In this document: in pieces, positions 55,806 to 64,000 of the stretch
How the letters are laid out: each line of letters begins with the position of its first letter
Position numbering within the stretch: the stretch's first letter is position 1
Origin: a virus
Length of the DNA: 64,000 bases
Strand: one strand, 5' to 3'
Virus record (IMG/VR): IMGVR_UViG_3300027969_002881
Span: 1 to 64,000 of that record
Position numbers and translations under genes: made by a program
Notes under the pieces: model-generated
Told to the model about the DNA's origin: nothing
The model's database searches: none
The model's input: only the letters and a program-made list of their open reading frames with translations

Positions 55806-55819
55806 GATAAATATTTAGT
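55806..55819. promoter_or_regulatory. Overlapping divergent late-like promoters
   Basis: GATAAATA on + (55806-55813) and ACTAAATA on - (55819-55812) in the only divergent gap of the window. Confidence 0.55.
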
Positions 55820-55839
55820 AAATATAACCTGGATAAATT

Positions 55840-56577
55840 ATGACCGAGCACCTAAATGACTATGGTATCAGTAATGAACCTATAGATAGCTTTTCAAAAA
55901 GAAATAGCTACCCTGCATCTTGCAAATACCCTCAGAATTTAGAAATACCTAGAGATGTCAATATGAATTCTACCATTCCATTTTTACCAATCGACGACTG
56001 GAAAGACACTGAAGATTGGACAGAAATGCATAGAGAAGCGAAGGCATTAGAAAAGCATTTTGTTCCTCACAGACATCATGAAAGTCACAGCGGATGGAGC
56101 AGTTTGTGTATACACGGTATCACTAGTGTTCACACTGAAAGCCCGCATACATATGGATACACCGACGACAATTGCCCCTGGAGATGGACCGATGTCGCTG
56201 ATGTATGTCCGACTATTACTAAATTTTTTAAAGATAAATTTGACTATAACAAGTATTTTAGAGTTAGAATTATGAAACTTGCACCCGGGGGATATATAAT
56301 TCCACATCGCGATACGTTGGATATTAATCAAAGCCATATTGGTCCTGTTAATCTAGCATTAAATCACCCCGAAAATTGCAAGTTTTACATGGATGATATT
56401 GGTATGTTGCCATGGACAGCCGGGCGAGCTATCAAATTAAACTTATACAATGTTCATGCTGTAGTTAATCACAGTAATGAGGATAGGTATCATATCATTG
56501 TTCACGGTCATATGGGCCCCAGTTGGAATGACCGTATATATCAAAATTATTTAAATTGGAAAACTGTATATGCGTAA
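55840..56577 (+). CDS. Aspartyl/asparaginyl beta-hydroxylase-like 2OG-Fe(II) oxygenase
   Basis: MKLAPGGYIIPHRD, HAVVNHSNEDRYH. Confidence 0.8.
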   Translation: MTEHLNDYGISNEPIDSFSKRNSYPASCKYPQNLEIPRDVNMNSTIPFLPIDDWKDTEDWTEMHREAKALEKHFVPHRHHESHSGWSSLCIHGITSVHTESPHTYGYTDDNCPWRWTDVADVCPTITKFFKDKFDYNKYFRVRIMKLAPGGYIIPHRDTLDINQSHIGPVNLALNHPENCKFYMDDIGMLPWTAGRAIKLNLYNVHAVVNHSNEDRYHIIVHGHMGPSWNDRIYQNYLNWKTVYA

Positions 56578-58036
56578 GACTTATGTAAATGCTCTTGTAT
56601 TTGACAAGAGCGGGATCGGCGTTGATGAAGTTGTAAGGGATAGCCTACGAACATTTTATAAAAGAAATTTGTATATTGATAAAATCGAAGGAAATCCTTT
56701 AGACAGTATTATAGAAGACACTGAAGATAAATGTTTAGAAAGAGCATCAGAATCAAATTTTGATTATCTAATTTTAACATGGGAAGGTAATATAATTGAT
56801 ATACATGCCTATCATGATGAGTGTATCAACTATATAGATACGTCGGGCGGTGACTGGTTAGTTGCTGGCCATATTATGGATCAATATCAAAATAGACTAT
56901 TGCATAATGATCCAAAGGCCGCAGAATGGGCTGACAGCTTTTGGTTGTTTCCTATTACTGCTATTGTAAATGTCAAAATGTGGGAGAAATTAGGAAAACC
57001 AAAATGGGGAGAGGCCATGGGAATTCAAACTGTTACTAAAGGAATTCCAGACGAAAGCTGCGTTCATGATAATTATACTCCTCTGTCATTGACTTTTAGC
57101 GATCATACAGTTTCCGCCAACACTAAAAAAGGCTGGAATATTATCAATACATCATTGTCCAATGGCATAAAAGTAATTAACTTAAACAACGGCATACGAA
57201 CCAGTCAAACTTATTTGTATCCTGAAAACGATGTAGATAGATACAACAAATATTGGCAATCATTGTACATGATGCCAAAGCTAACAGATCAATATAAAAA
57301 AGTTTTAGAAAAGATCTTACCCAGCAAATATCCTAGACGAATCAATGACATAACATGGCAATGTTTCATTCGCAATACAGAAAATTATTTTCCCGAAGAA
57401 ATAAATTATCCTGTTAACATTAATTGGGAAGAAATAGATACTATTGCATTGCCTTCCAGCGGATTTAAAGACTTTATCGTCAGCATGAGTAAAAATTCTG
57501 CTCGTAAAACAGTAGATGTAGTACATTTTGATATCATTAAACAATGTACAGAAATTCGTAGAAAAATAATAGAACGTTGGGATGGATCTAGAGAAACATT
57601 TTCTGACACATTATTAGGTATCGGCAAGGAATATAGAAACGACCCGTTACATGCTTTCCACATGAATTCAATGAAGGATATTATTGAAGCATATGAACAC
57701 TTATTACCGTTTTTTAACAGCGAAGAAGATTTAAAAGAATGCTGGCAAAAATTTAAATCATTTAAACATAGCTATATAGAAGCAGACTTATTGGACGATC
57801 CATGGCCAGCTATTAAATTAATCAACAATAAAAGACTTTATATTTGTTTAAGTGATATTGCAGGTTGGAGAAATAATATCATTGGTTATGGATATAAAAA
57901 CTTACGCAATGAGATTTCAGGCTGTATAGAGAAGTTACAGAATAAAGGTATCACTGGATATATAGATTATAAAGATCCAGGAACAGACTTACAAATGTGG
58001 CAAACATTCGAAGATGCTATCACGCATTTAAAATAA
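56570..58036 (+). CDS. Hypothetical two-domain protein
   Basis: C-terminal half resembles the N-terminus of 58038..60101. Confidence 0.7.
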   Translation: MRKTYVNALVFDKSGIGVDEVVRDSLRTFYKRNLYIDKIEGNPLDSIIEDTEDKCLERASESNFDYLILTWEGNIIDIHAYHDECINYIDTSGGDWLVAGHIMDQYQNRLLHNDPKAAEWADSFWLFPITAIVNVKMWEKLGKPKWGEAMGIQTVTKGIPDESCVHDNYTPLSLTFSDHTVSANTKKGWNIINTSLSNGIKVINLNNGIRTSQTYLYPENDVDRYNKYWQSLYMMPKLTDQYKKVLEKILPSKYPRRINDITWQCFIRNTENYFPEEINYPVNINWEEIDTIALPSSGFKDFIVSMSKNSARKTVDVVHFDIIKQCTEIRRKIIERWDGSRETFSDTLLGIGKEYRNDPLHAFHMNSMKDIIEAYEHLLPFFNSEEDLKECWQKFKSFKHSYIEADLLDDPWPAIKLINNKRLYICLSDIAGWRNNIIGYGYKNLRNEISGCIEKLQNKGITGYIDYKDPGTDLQMWQTFEDAITHLK

Positions 58037-58037
58037 A

Positions 58038-60101
58038 ATGACTAATAAAAAATATAAAATTATTTCCAAAAATATTGTAGCAAAAGGAAAAGGCATTCTT
58101 AACAATACTTGTATAAGGTACATAGGCCATGCCAGTAGTCTTTTTAGTTTATTTTATAGAGCATATGCAGATCGTCATTTAACATCACTGACTGACGATT
58201 TCTATGACAATTATAATTTTATTATATATGATAATAATCAAGCCAATATAGAAATGTTTCAAGCCATTCTGAAGTGGGATGGTGTTTTTGATCATGATAA
58301 CAAATATGATTCTACAGCATTTCATGCTCACTTAGATATTTTTAAATCTCAGATTGGCATTAGTATAGAAAAGTTTAATTGGCACGAAACGGTTGGATTG
58401 AACACAAGACATAATTTTTTAGATTTTAAAAAAGCATGGGATCACTTTAGATCTCGTCAGTTTAAATTCGTCAATATTGATATTATTAAAGAAACCAATA
58501 GGTTTATAGAAATAATAGATAGCCTAAGGCCTATAGGTAAGTCTACGCAATTTTTAAAATTAGATATATCTTATCATGATACACCTGAATACAAAGAAGC
58601 GATAGATAATATTTTACATAGAGTGTGGCTTAAAAACATTAAAGAATATCTTACTGTGGTAGAGCTATCAGACAAAGATAATAACCCAATCGAAGACTAC
58701 GCCGGTAAATTATATTCTGAACGAAATCCTTCTTTCTGTATTCTGCCATGGATGCATATCCAATATAAACCAACAGGGCAAAGTAAACTTTGCTGTAGAT
58801 ATGATATCGGAAATGAAACATACAAAGCTAAACAAGAACCAAATAGCACTGATAAGCTATTACAACTAAGCCATGTTAGAGAAGAGTCAATGATACAGAC
58901 AACTACCATGGAAGAAAGCTTCTTTGGAGACTATTGGAGTGCCGCAAGAGAATATACTGAAAATAATACTCCTTTAGTAGGATGTCATAAATGCTATAAA
59001 GAAGAACGAGGGAATAAAGGTGAAGTATCTCAAAGTATGAGACTAGGATCTGCTATCTTATATAACGGTGGACTATTGCACAAGCGATCAGAGTCTGAAA
59101 GACCTAAGTTAGAATTCTTAGAAGTGGGTTTCGGTAACTATTGCAATCTGGCTTGTCTAACATGTAATAGCTCGTTGAGCACGACATGGCATACTGATGA
59201 ATTAGAATTAAATCAAGTTGTAAATAAAAATATTAAACGTCAAGTGTTTAAAAAATTGGATAACTTAAAATTCGTTCCTAACGAAGAAACGCTACGTACT
59301 CTGCGTGTTATTAAATTCACCGGCGGCGAGCCTATGATTAATCCGGAGTTTATTAAGTTCATTGACTTAATCTGTGAACAAGGTAAGCCTGAACAAATTA
59401 GTCTAGAAATATATACAAATTGTAGCTATATTCCTAGCCCCAAGCTACTGGAAAATTTAGCTAGATTTGAAGCAGTTCAATTAAATCTCAGTATAGATGC
59501 GTACGGTCATGTCAATGATTATGTTCGCTATGGTAGCACATGGGAAGGTGATGCAAAACAAACAGTTAGCAATGCTATCGACCATTGGCTAGCATATGGT
59601 AAACAATATGAAAATATTAGCATCATAATGTCAACTACACTAAGTGTACTAAGCGTATTAGAAATACCCAAGTTAATGACATGGTGGATGGACAAATATA
59701 AAGATTCCGGCAATAAGATTACTGTCTTTAGATCTGGGCTTCTTGCCACAGAATATGATGGTTTCTTTAAATTGCAACCAGCACATGATCCTAGTTATAT
59801 TAATTTGAATATACTTCCCGCAGAATATTACAACAAAGTCCTGGACTGGGTAGAAGAGTATCGCAACAATTTTACTTTAAATTATCCTGATCTAGAAGGT
59901 ATACCAGAATGTATTAGTGCTAGTTTGCTCAAATTGACACAAATTATCAATAAAGCAAAAGGTAATGCTGAAGAAGCAACCAATTTATTAAATTATTTGT
60001 CTAACATAGACAGTATTAGAAAAAATTCATGCGAAGCTAGTATACCTGAAATAGTATCTAAAGTTAAAGAATACTTGCAAGCTCAGGGTACACCAACTTA
60101 A
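58038..60101 (+). CDS. Fusion: unknown N-terminal domain + radical SAM with twitch/SPASM-like motif
   Basis: FCILPW...LCC...CHKC, CNLACLTC, GGEP. Confidence 0.88.
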   Translation: MTNKKYKIISKNIVAKGKGILNNTCIRYIGHASSLFSLFYRAYADRHLTSLTDDFYDNYNFIIYDNNQANIEMFQAILKWDGVFDHDNKYDSTAFHAHLDIFKSQIGISIEKFNWHETVGLNTRHNFLDFKKAWDHFRSRQFKFVNIDIIKETNRFIEIIDSLRPIGKSTQFLKLDISYHDTPEYKEAIDNILHRVWLKNIKEYLTVVELSDKDNNPIEDYAGKLYSERNPSFCILPWMHIQYKPTGQSKLCCRYDIGNETYKAKQEPNSTDKLLQLSHVREESMIQTTTMEESFFGDYWSAAREYTENNTPLVGCHKCYKEERGNKGEVSQSMRLGSAILYNGGLLHKRSESERPKLEFLEVGFGNYCNLACLTCNSSLSTTWHTDELELNQVVNKNIKRQVFKKLDNLKFVPNEETLRTLRVIKFTGGEPMINPEFIKFIDLICEQGKPEQISLEIYTNCSYIPSPKLLENLARFEAVQLNLSIDAYGHVNDYVRYGSTWEGDAKQTVSNAIDHWLAYGKQYENISIIMSTTLSVLSVLEIPKLMTWWMDKYKDSGNKITVFRSGLLATEYDGFFKLQPAHDPSYINLNILPAEYYNKVLDWVEEYRNNFTLNYPDLEGIPECISASLLKLTQIINKAKGNAEEATNLLNYLSNIDSIRKNSCEASIPEIVSKVKEYLQAQGTPT

Positions 60102-61320
60102 AATCTGTGTTATTATGCTTGTCCATGAAGTTTATATAATTTGCAGTTTCAATTAATTCTGTCGAGTAATCTTCTGCATTCATATAATTAATCGCATAAT
60201 CACCGTAGCGAATAATCCGCTTCTTTTGTTGGTTAACTAGTCTAGTACTAGACCATTGTGTGTGCGTCCATAGCGTGGGTTCATCTAACGTTAATTTAAA
60301 CGCTGTCCACTCAGCAGTAATTTTATCTTTAATGTCTTTTGGTAACACTTTGGGATTGATTGCTTTTGGAAACTGTACTATGCTAGTATGGAACAATCCG
60401 CCTGCGTTGTTAACAAACTTAACAATATCAACAAGTCTGCTTATATTGTAAATGCTAATAGTTGTAGTCAGACTCATTTCGATATTTTTAAGTTCGTGTA
60501 ATTTTTGAACATTGTCTACTATCTTATTAATATCACCATAGGTTCTAAAGTAACTGAATGTAGTATCATCACCATCGATACTTACACGTAGAATAATCTT
60601 TTTAAACTTAGGCCAATGATCCAATACGTTATAGTAACCCAATCCCAGTGCCACTAGATTACTGTTATAACTTAGTGTTATGTTATGTGCGTGATCAGCC
60701 ATTGCATCAATCATTTCCCAATGACGCTTTTGTTGTAGAGGTTCGCCGCCAGCAATCAATACTTCACGTAGATGCGGGATGGCATTTTTAAACTCTTCAA
60801 AGCTACGTTCAGGCAAACTGATATGTTTCTTTTCTAATCTTCCAGCACCATGCTTGATAAAAAATGTTTTTACTTCAGGATCTTTAAATGCCAATACTTC
60901 CCATTGACTACTGTAAGTAGGACTACAATGTCTACAGCGTAGATTACAAGTATTATCAAAACGTATTTCAATGCTCTGAGGCTCGTAGGGCATTGAATAG
61001 TCTTCTGCTACCTTACTTACTACTTTGTCAAAATCAATATTATAGCTATCTTTATATGTTTCATTACATGTTTGTCTAGTACTAGCAACTCCGCTGTCTT
61101 CAAAGTCCCAGCAACTACGGCATCCAGTAGGACGCTCGTCATTTAATACAGCTCTACGAAGTTCTCGAGTTTCGTTACTGTTCCAAATTTCACTTAATGT
61201 TTGACTACGATAGTCTCCGATACGATCTGGATAACGCCAGCAAGCACCGACTTTGCCCTCGTGCTTGATGTTTTGATGTATAAAAGGCATTATACAGAAT
61301 GTTTTGCTGTCTTTGTTCAT
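60064..61320 (-). CDS. Radical SAM protein with N-terminal twitch/SPASM-like motif
   Basis: FCIMPF...ACW...CRSC, CNLRCRHC, GGEP. Confidence 0.9.
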   Translation of the reverse strand: MNKDSKTFCIMPFIHQNIKHEGKVGACWRYPDRIGDYRSQTLSEIWNSNETRELRRAVLNDERPTGCRSCWDFEDSGVASTRQTCNETYKDSYNIDFDKVVSKVAEDYSMPYEPQSIEIRFDNTCNLRCRHCSPTYSSQWEVLAFKDPEVKTFFIKHGAGRLEKKHISLPERSFEEFKNAIPHLREVLIAGGEPLQQKRHWEMIDAMADHAHNITLSYNSNLVALGLGYYNVLDHWPKFKKIILRVSIDGDDTTFSYFRTYGDINKIVDNVQKLHELKNIEMSLTTTISIYNISRLVDIVKFVNNAGGLFHTSIVQFPKAINPKVLPKDIKDKITAEWTAFKLTLDEPTLWTHTQWSSTRLVNQQKKRIIRYGDYAINYMNAEDYSTELIETANYINFMDKHNNTDFKLVYPELASIL

Positions 61321-62627
61321 AATTTGGCTTGTATGTTATTCCACCATTCTTGTAAAAATGGATAATCTTTTATTACATCTTGTGTTGTTGGATATTGATC
61401 AATGGTATCTATCTTTTTCGCATATGAGAATGCCCTGCGTATCTGTTTGACTCTATTATCATTTAAATTTGTTAAATCTAATTCACTGATATCTAATGTA
61501 GAATGTTGTTTAATTAATTCTAACGCAGAATATAAGTCATTGGCTATAGATTCTTTTAACTGCGATTTGTATTCATCTAATATTTTTTTAAATTCATCTA
61601 CCCATTGTTCTTTATATTTTCCTAGATAATCAAAGCATAGATACTTATTGTTATTGTTATGTTTAACTAATGTGATATCGTGTGTAGGTAAATCTTGTTC
61701 TATAATAAATTCTAACCATTCTTTAAATCCGCATAAAGTAAAGATTGTTATAGTCAGTCCTGAACCTAAATTCCTGTTTTTACCCTGAGCCTGTGATTGC
61801 TTAAAATGTTTATTAAGTTCATCAAAATTACTTTTCCATTTCTCCCAATTTAATCCTCTGCGTATATATTCTCCGGCTAGGCCGCCTGCTTCACAACTTG
61901 CATGAATATTAACATCTGAGAAAGGTTCTAGTAAATCTACTAATCTCGTACCTTTAAATTTAGTTATGCTAAGATTTGTTATGTAAGAAACCGACAAGTT
62001 AGTATTGTTAGTTTCTTTTAAGTAGTTCATAAAATCCCAATGCTGTTGCTCAAACAACGGCTCGCCACCAATCCATTGTAATGTTTTAAGTCTACGCTCA
62101 TCAGCCGCTAATATTAGTTCTTGATAAAGTAAATTATTTCGTTCATCTGAGTCTTCTATCGAATCATCGTGGCTTGCGTGTTCTAAATTATGTATGCGTT
62201 CTTCTAATTCAATTTGACTACTAGAACTAGAACTACAATGTCTACATTTAAAATTACAAGTTTTACCAAATCTATAATCATAATAAACAGGTTCAAACGT
62301 AGTTGATCCATCTACTTCTGTTTTTGTCATGGCATCATCATAATATTTAGAATAGTAAGTATTCCAATGGTCTTTAAATAAATTAATTTTATTTGCATCA
62401 CCTACAGTAACATCACATTGATGACAAGCGGCTGGAAATTTATTGTTCATTAGAGATGTTCTGATCTCTTTCATATACGTAGAGTTTTGAAATTCTACAA
62501 AAGTTTTTGCTGTTCTGGTATTCTTATCTGTGGGTATTTCTGCTGTACAGCAAGCCTTTCTGACATACTGACTATCATGCATTGCATGAACCCAGGGTGC
62601 CATACAAAAATTTTCGGGCATTGTCAT
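61317..62627 (-). CDS. Radical SAM protein with N-terminal twitch/SPASM-like motif
   Basis: FCMAPW...ACC...CHQC, CNFKCRHC, GGEP. Confidence 0.9.
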   Translation of the reverse strand: MTMPENFCMAPWVHAMHDSQYVRKACCTAEIPTDKNTRTAKTFVEFQNSTYMKEIRTSLMNNKFPAACHQCDVTVGDANKINLFKDHWNTYYSKYYDDAMTKTEVDGSTTFEPVYYDYRFGKTCNFKCRHCSSSSSSQIELEERIHNLEHASHDDSIEDSDERNNLLYQELILAADERRLKTLQWIGGEPLFEQQHWDFMNYLKETNNTNLSVSYITNLSITKFKGTRLVDLLEPFSDVNIHASCEAGGLAGEYIRRGLNWEKWKSNFDELNKHFKQSQAQGKNRNLGSGLTITIFTLCGFKEWLEFIIEQDLPTHDITLVKHNNNNKYLCFDYLGKYKEQWVDEFKKILDEYKSQLKESIANDLYSALELIKQHSTLDISELDLTNLNDNRVKQIRRAFSYAKKIDTIDQYPTTQDVIKDYPFLQEWWNNIQAKL

Positions 62628-63685
62628 TGTTTTAAAATATTTTCCTTGTCAAGATTGTTTGAAACATATAGAGTAGTATTTTCTTTACTACCGCAGGTAT
62701 GCAAACAAGTAATAAGATTTCCATCTTCTACAGTATTATTCCATTTAGAACTAATATTATACTGTTTATTTAAAATTTCGTCAACCGAATATATATTCAA
62801 ATCAAAATCGGCAAGATTGTAATTCTCATTGAGATTCCAAGAGCCTGGGCTATCATGTGTATGTGTACCTAAATAACAACAAGGCATTAATAAGCCATTG
62901 GCTGCCAAATATATTTCTTTACGTTCTAAACTTTTACAAGTAATTTTATTTTCATTTAGCTTTTTATAGTTGTTTATTTCAAATTTAAATAATGTAATCG
63001 GTACATGTTCTTCGATGCCCACATTAGTATGCCTGAATTGTTCATGAGCAGGAGGCTCCAATGTGAACACATGTTTGCCTTCTACCATAACCTTAAAGTC
63101 TTTTTTGCCTCTAAATTTTTGAGTAACTTTAAGTCTAAACTTAACGCCTAAGTCTTTGGCCAACTGTTTGGCCGTTTCAACTTGATGTTCATTGTGTCTG
63201 AATACAATAAAGTTCCATTGAGCATTTCCACCGGCCGCCACAAAGGCTTGTAAGTTAGCATAAACTTTATCATACTTAACACCAATTCTATATTTCTCCA
63301 ATGATTCATTGTCTGTGCCATCTAAGGCAAAGTTAATTAGTACATTGGGACGAGCAAGACTGGCCCACCAATCTTCACTGCGGTAGCCGCCATTAGTATC
63401 TATGCTAACACTTTTACAGCCGTTGTCCATTAAGTAGTTAACAAACTCTGGTAATAGTTTGTTTAAGCAAGGATCTCCATAAACCCCGCTGAAGTAGACA
63501 TGATCCAATTGACTAGTAAACTCTGGAGTGAACAGTTTATAAAATACATCTGCTGTTAAATCGCCTTCTGCTAAGTCCGGCTGCACGTAACCATGCCCGG
63601 TGTATCTGCTACACATAGGACATTGGCTATTACATCTACTACTAGACTCGACGTGAACTATTTTGATTTCATCGTAGGCAATCAT
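62624..63685 (-). CDS. Radical SAM protein with C-terminal twitch/SPASM-like motif
   Basis: CNSQCPMC, GVYGDP, C-terminal CKS...PCCY...CLHTC; ATG at 63685. Confidence 0.88.
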   Translation of the reverse strand: MIAYDEIKIVHVESSSRCNSQCPMCSRYTGHGYVQPDLAEGDLTADVFYKLFTPEFTSQLDHVYFSGVYGDPCLNKLLPEFVNYLMDNGCKSVSIDTNGGYRSEDWWASLARPNVLINFALDGTDNESLEKYRIGVKYDKVYANLQAFVAAGGNAQWNFIVFRHNEHQVETAKQLAKDLGVKFRLKVTQKFRGKKDFKVMVEGKHVFTLEPPAHEQFRHTNVGIEEHVPITLFKFEINNYKKLNENKITCKSLERKEIYLAANGLLMPCCYLGTHTHDSPGSWNLNENYNLADFDLNIYSVDEILNKQYNISSKWNNTVEDGNLITCLHTCGSKENTTLYVSNNLDKENILKQ

Positions 63686-64000
63686 TGAAGTCACCGTTAC
63701 GTAGTATATAAAAGAATGAATTAAGGTCTACTGTTAATACTCTATTGTTTCTATTGCCATACTCGATTACTGCTCGAATGACTTCAGGACAATGATAGCC
63801 AAAATCATCTCCGCATATAACTGGAACACCATTAAACTTTATCAATTCCTTTGATACGTTTTCATAAGTATGGTCTCCATCTAAAAATACAATATCATAG
63901 TTATCACTGTTCAGCGTCAGTGATTCTTGCTGAAATATATTTTTAATTAAATTAAAGTTAGCACTTTTAGAGACATGTAGTTCCCATACTTGCCTAATAG
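63669..64000 (-). CDS. Class I SAM-dependent methyltransferase (Methyltransf_24-like), 5' end truncated by window edge; not in ORF track
   Basis: Manual translation: ...NYDIVFLDGDHTYENVSKEL...VICGDDFG...CLR-stop. Confidence 0.75.
   Translation of the reverse strand, partial: IRQVWELHVSKSANFNLIKNIFQQESLTLNSDNYDIVFLDGDHTYENVSKELIKFNGVPVICGDDFGYHCPEVIRAVIEYGNRNNRVLTVDLNSFFYILRNGDFNDCLR

Noticed and set aside
1-64000. Many short opposite-strand or out-of-frame ORFs in the track (e.g. 1475..1756, 2183..2665, 7928..8260, 31035..31592, 43905..44702)
   Set aside because: They lie entirely within well-supported genes, lack SD sequences and recognisable motifs, and are shadow ORFs.
1-64000. CRISPR array, tRNA, rRNA or long ncRNA
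   Set aside because: No regularly spaced direct repeats or cloverleaf-like sequence seen; intergenic gaps are nearly all under 130 bp and are explained by promoters, terminators or small ORFs.
1-64000. Alternative genetic code (stop-codon reassignment as in some jumbo phages)
   Set aside because: Conserved enzymes (PolB, MetK, ThyX, FolE) are full length in code 11, and genes tile with normal stop/start overlaps.
48489-64000. Radical SAM region as bacterial contamination or a chimeric contig
   Set aside because: It joins thyX by a convergent gene overlap with no junction repeat or integrase, and it carries the same late-like promoter motif as the phage core.

Overview
This window is 64 kb of a large T4-like or jumbo tailed phage (myovirus-type), read in the standard genetic code and densely coding. 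The Bug/TctC and FabD genes hint at a Betaproteobacteria host (inference). Layout: (1) 1-10.7 kb: an array of probable head-packaged proteins. Nine ORFs begin with M[RKN][LI]x[EQ][LFI]...E, resembling the T4 capsid-targeting peptide; the array includes two amidoligase paralogues and a nuclease-like protein. (2) 10.7-16.8 kb: cupin, HldE-II-like nucleotidyltransferase, Dps, half-lysozyme, DsbA-like protein, family B DNA polymerase and a probable clamp. (3) 16.8-30.5 kb: a 7-deazaguanine pathway (QueD/DpdL-like, TGT/DpdA-like, FolE, QueE) interleaved with two oxidoreductases, a GTDC1/QTMAN-like glycosyltransferase, a cytidylyltransferase, a UDP-sugar dehydrogenase and MetK. (4) 31-40.6 kb: RNase H, then a biosynthesis-like cluster (PP-loop paralogues, P450, sulfotransferase-like, Bug, variant FabD, PhyH). 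(5) 41.2-46.3 kb: an early region with seven near-identical TTGACACAAA-type sigma70 promoter cassettes, plus MoxR and VWA genes. (6) ThyX. (7) 48.5-64 kb: two divergent operons with eight radical SAM proteins plus SDR, nitroreductase, 2OG oxygenase and methyltransferase, apparently driven from T4-like late promoters. The best candidates for undescribed systems are a glycosylated or otherwise hypermodified 7-deazaguanine, the tagged head-cargo/polyprotein array, and the late-expressed radical SAM array. No tRNA, rRNA, CRISPR array or intron/intein was seen. All family calls come from motif recognition by eye; no database search was run.
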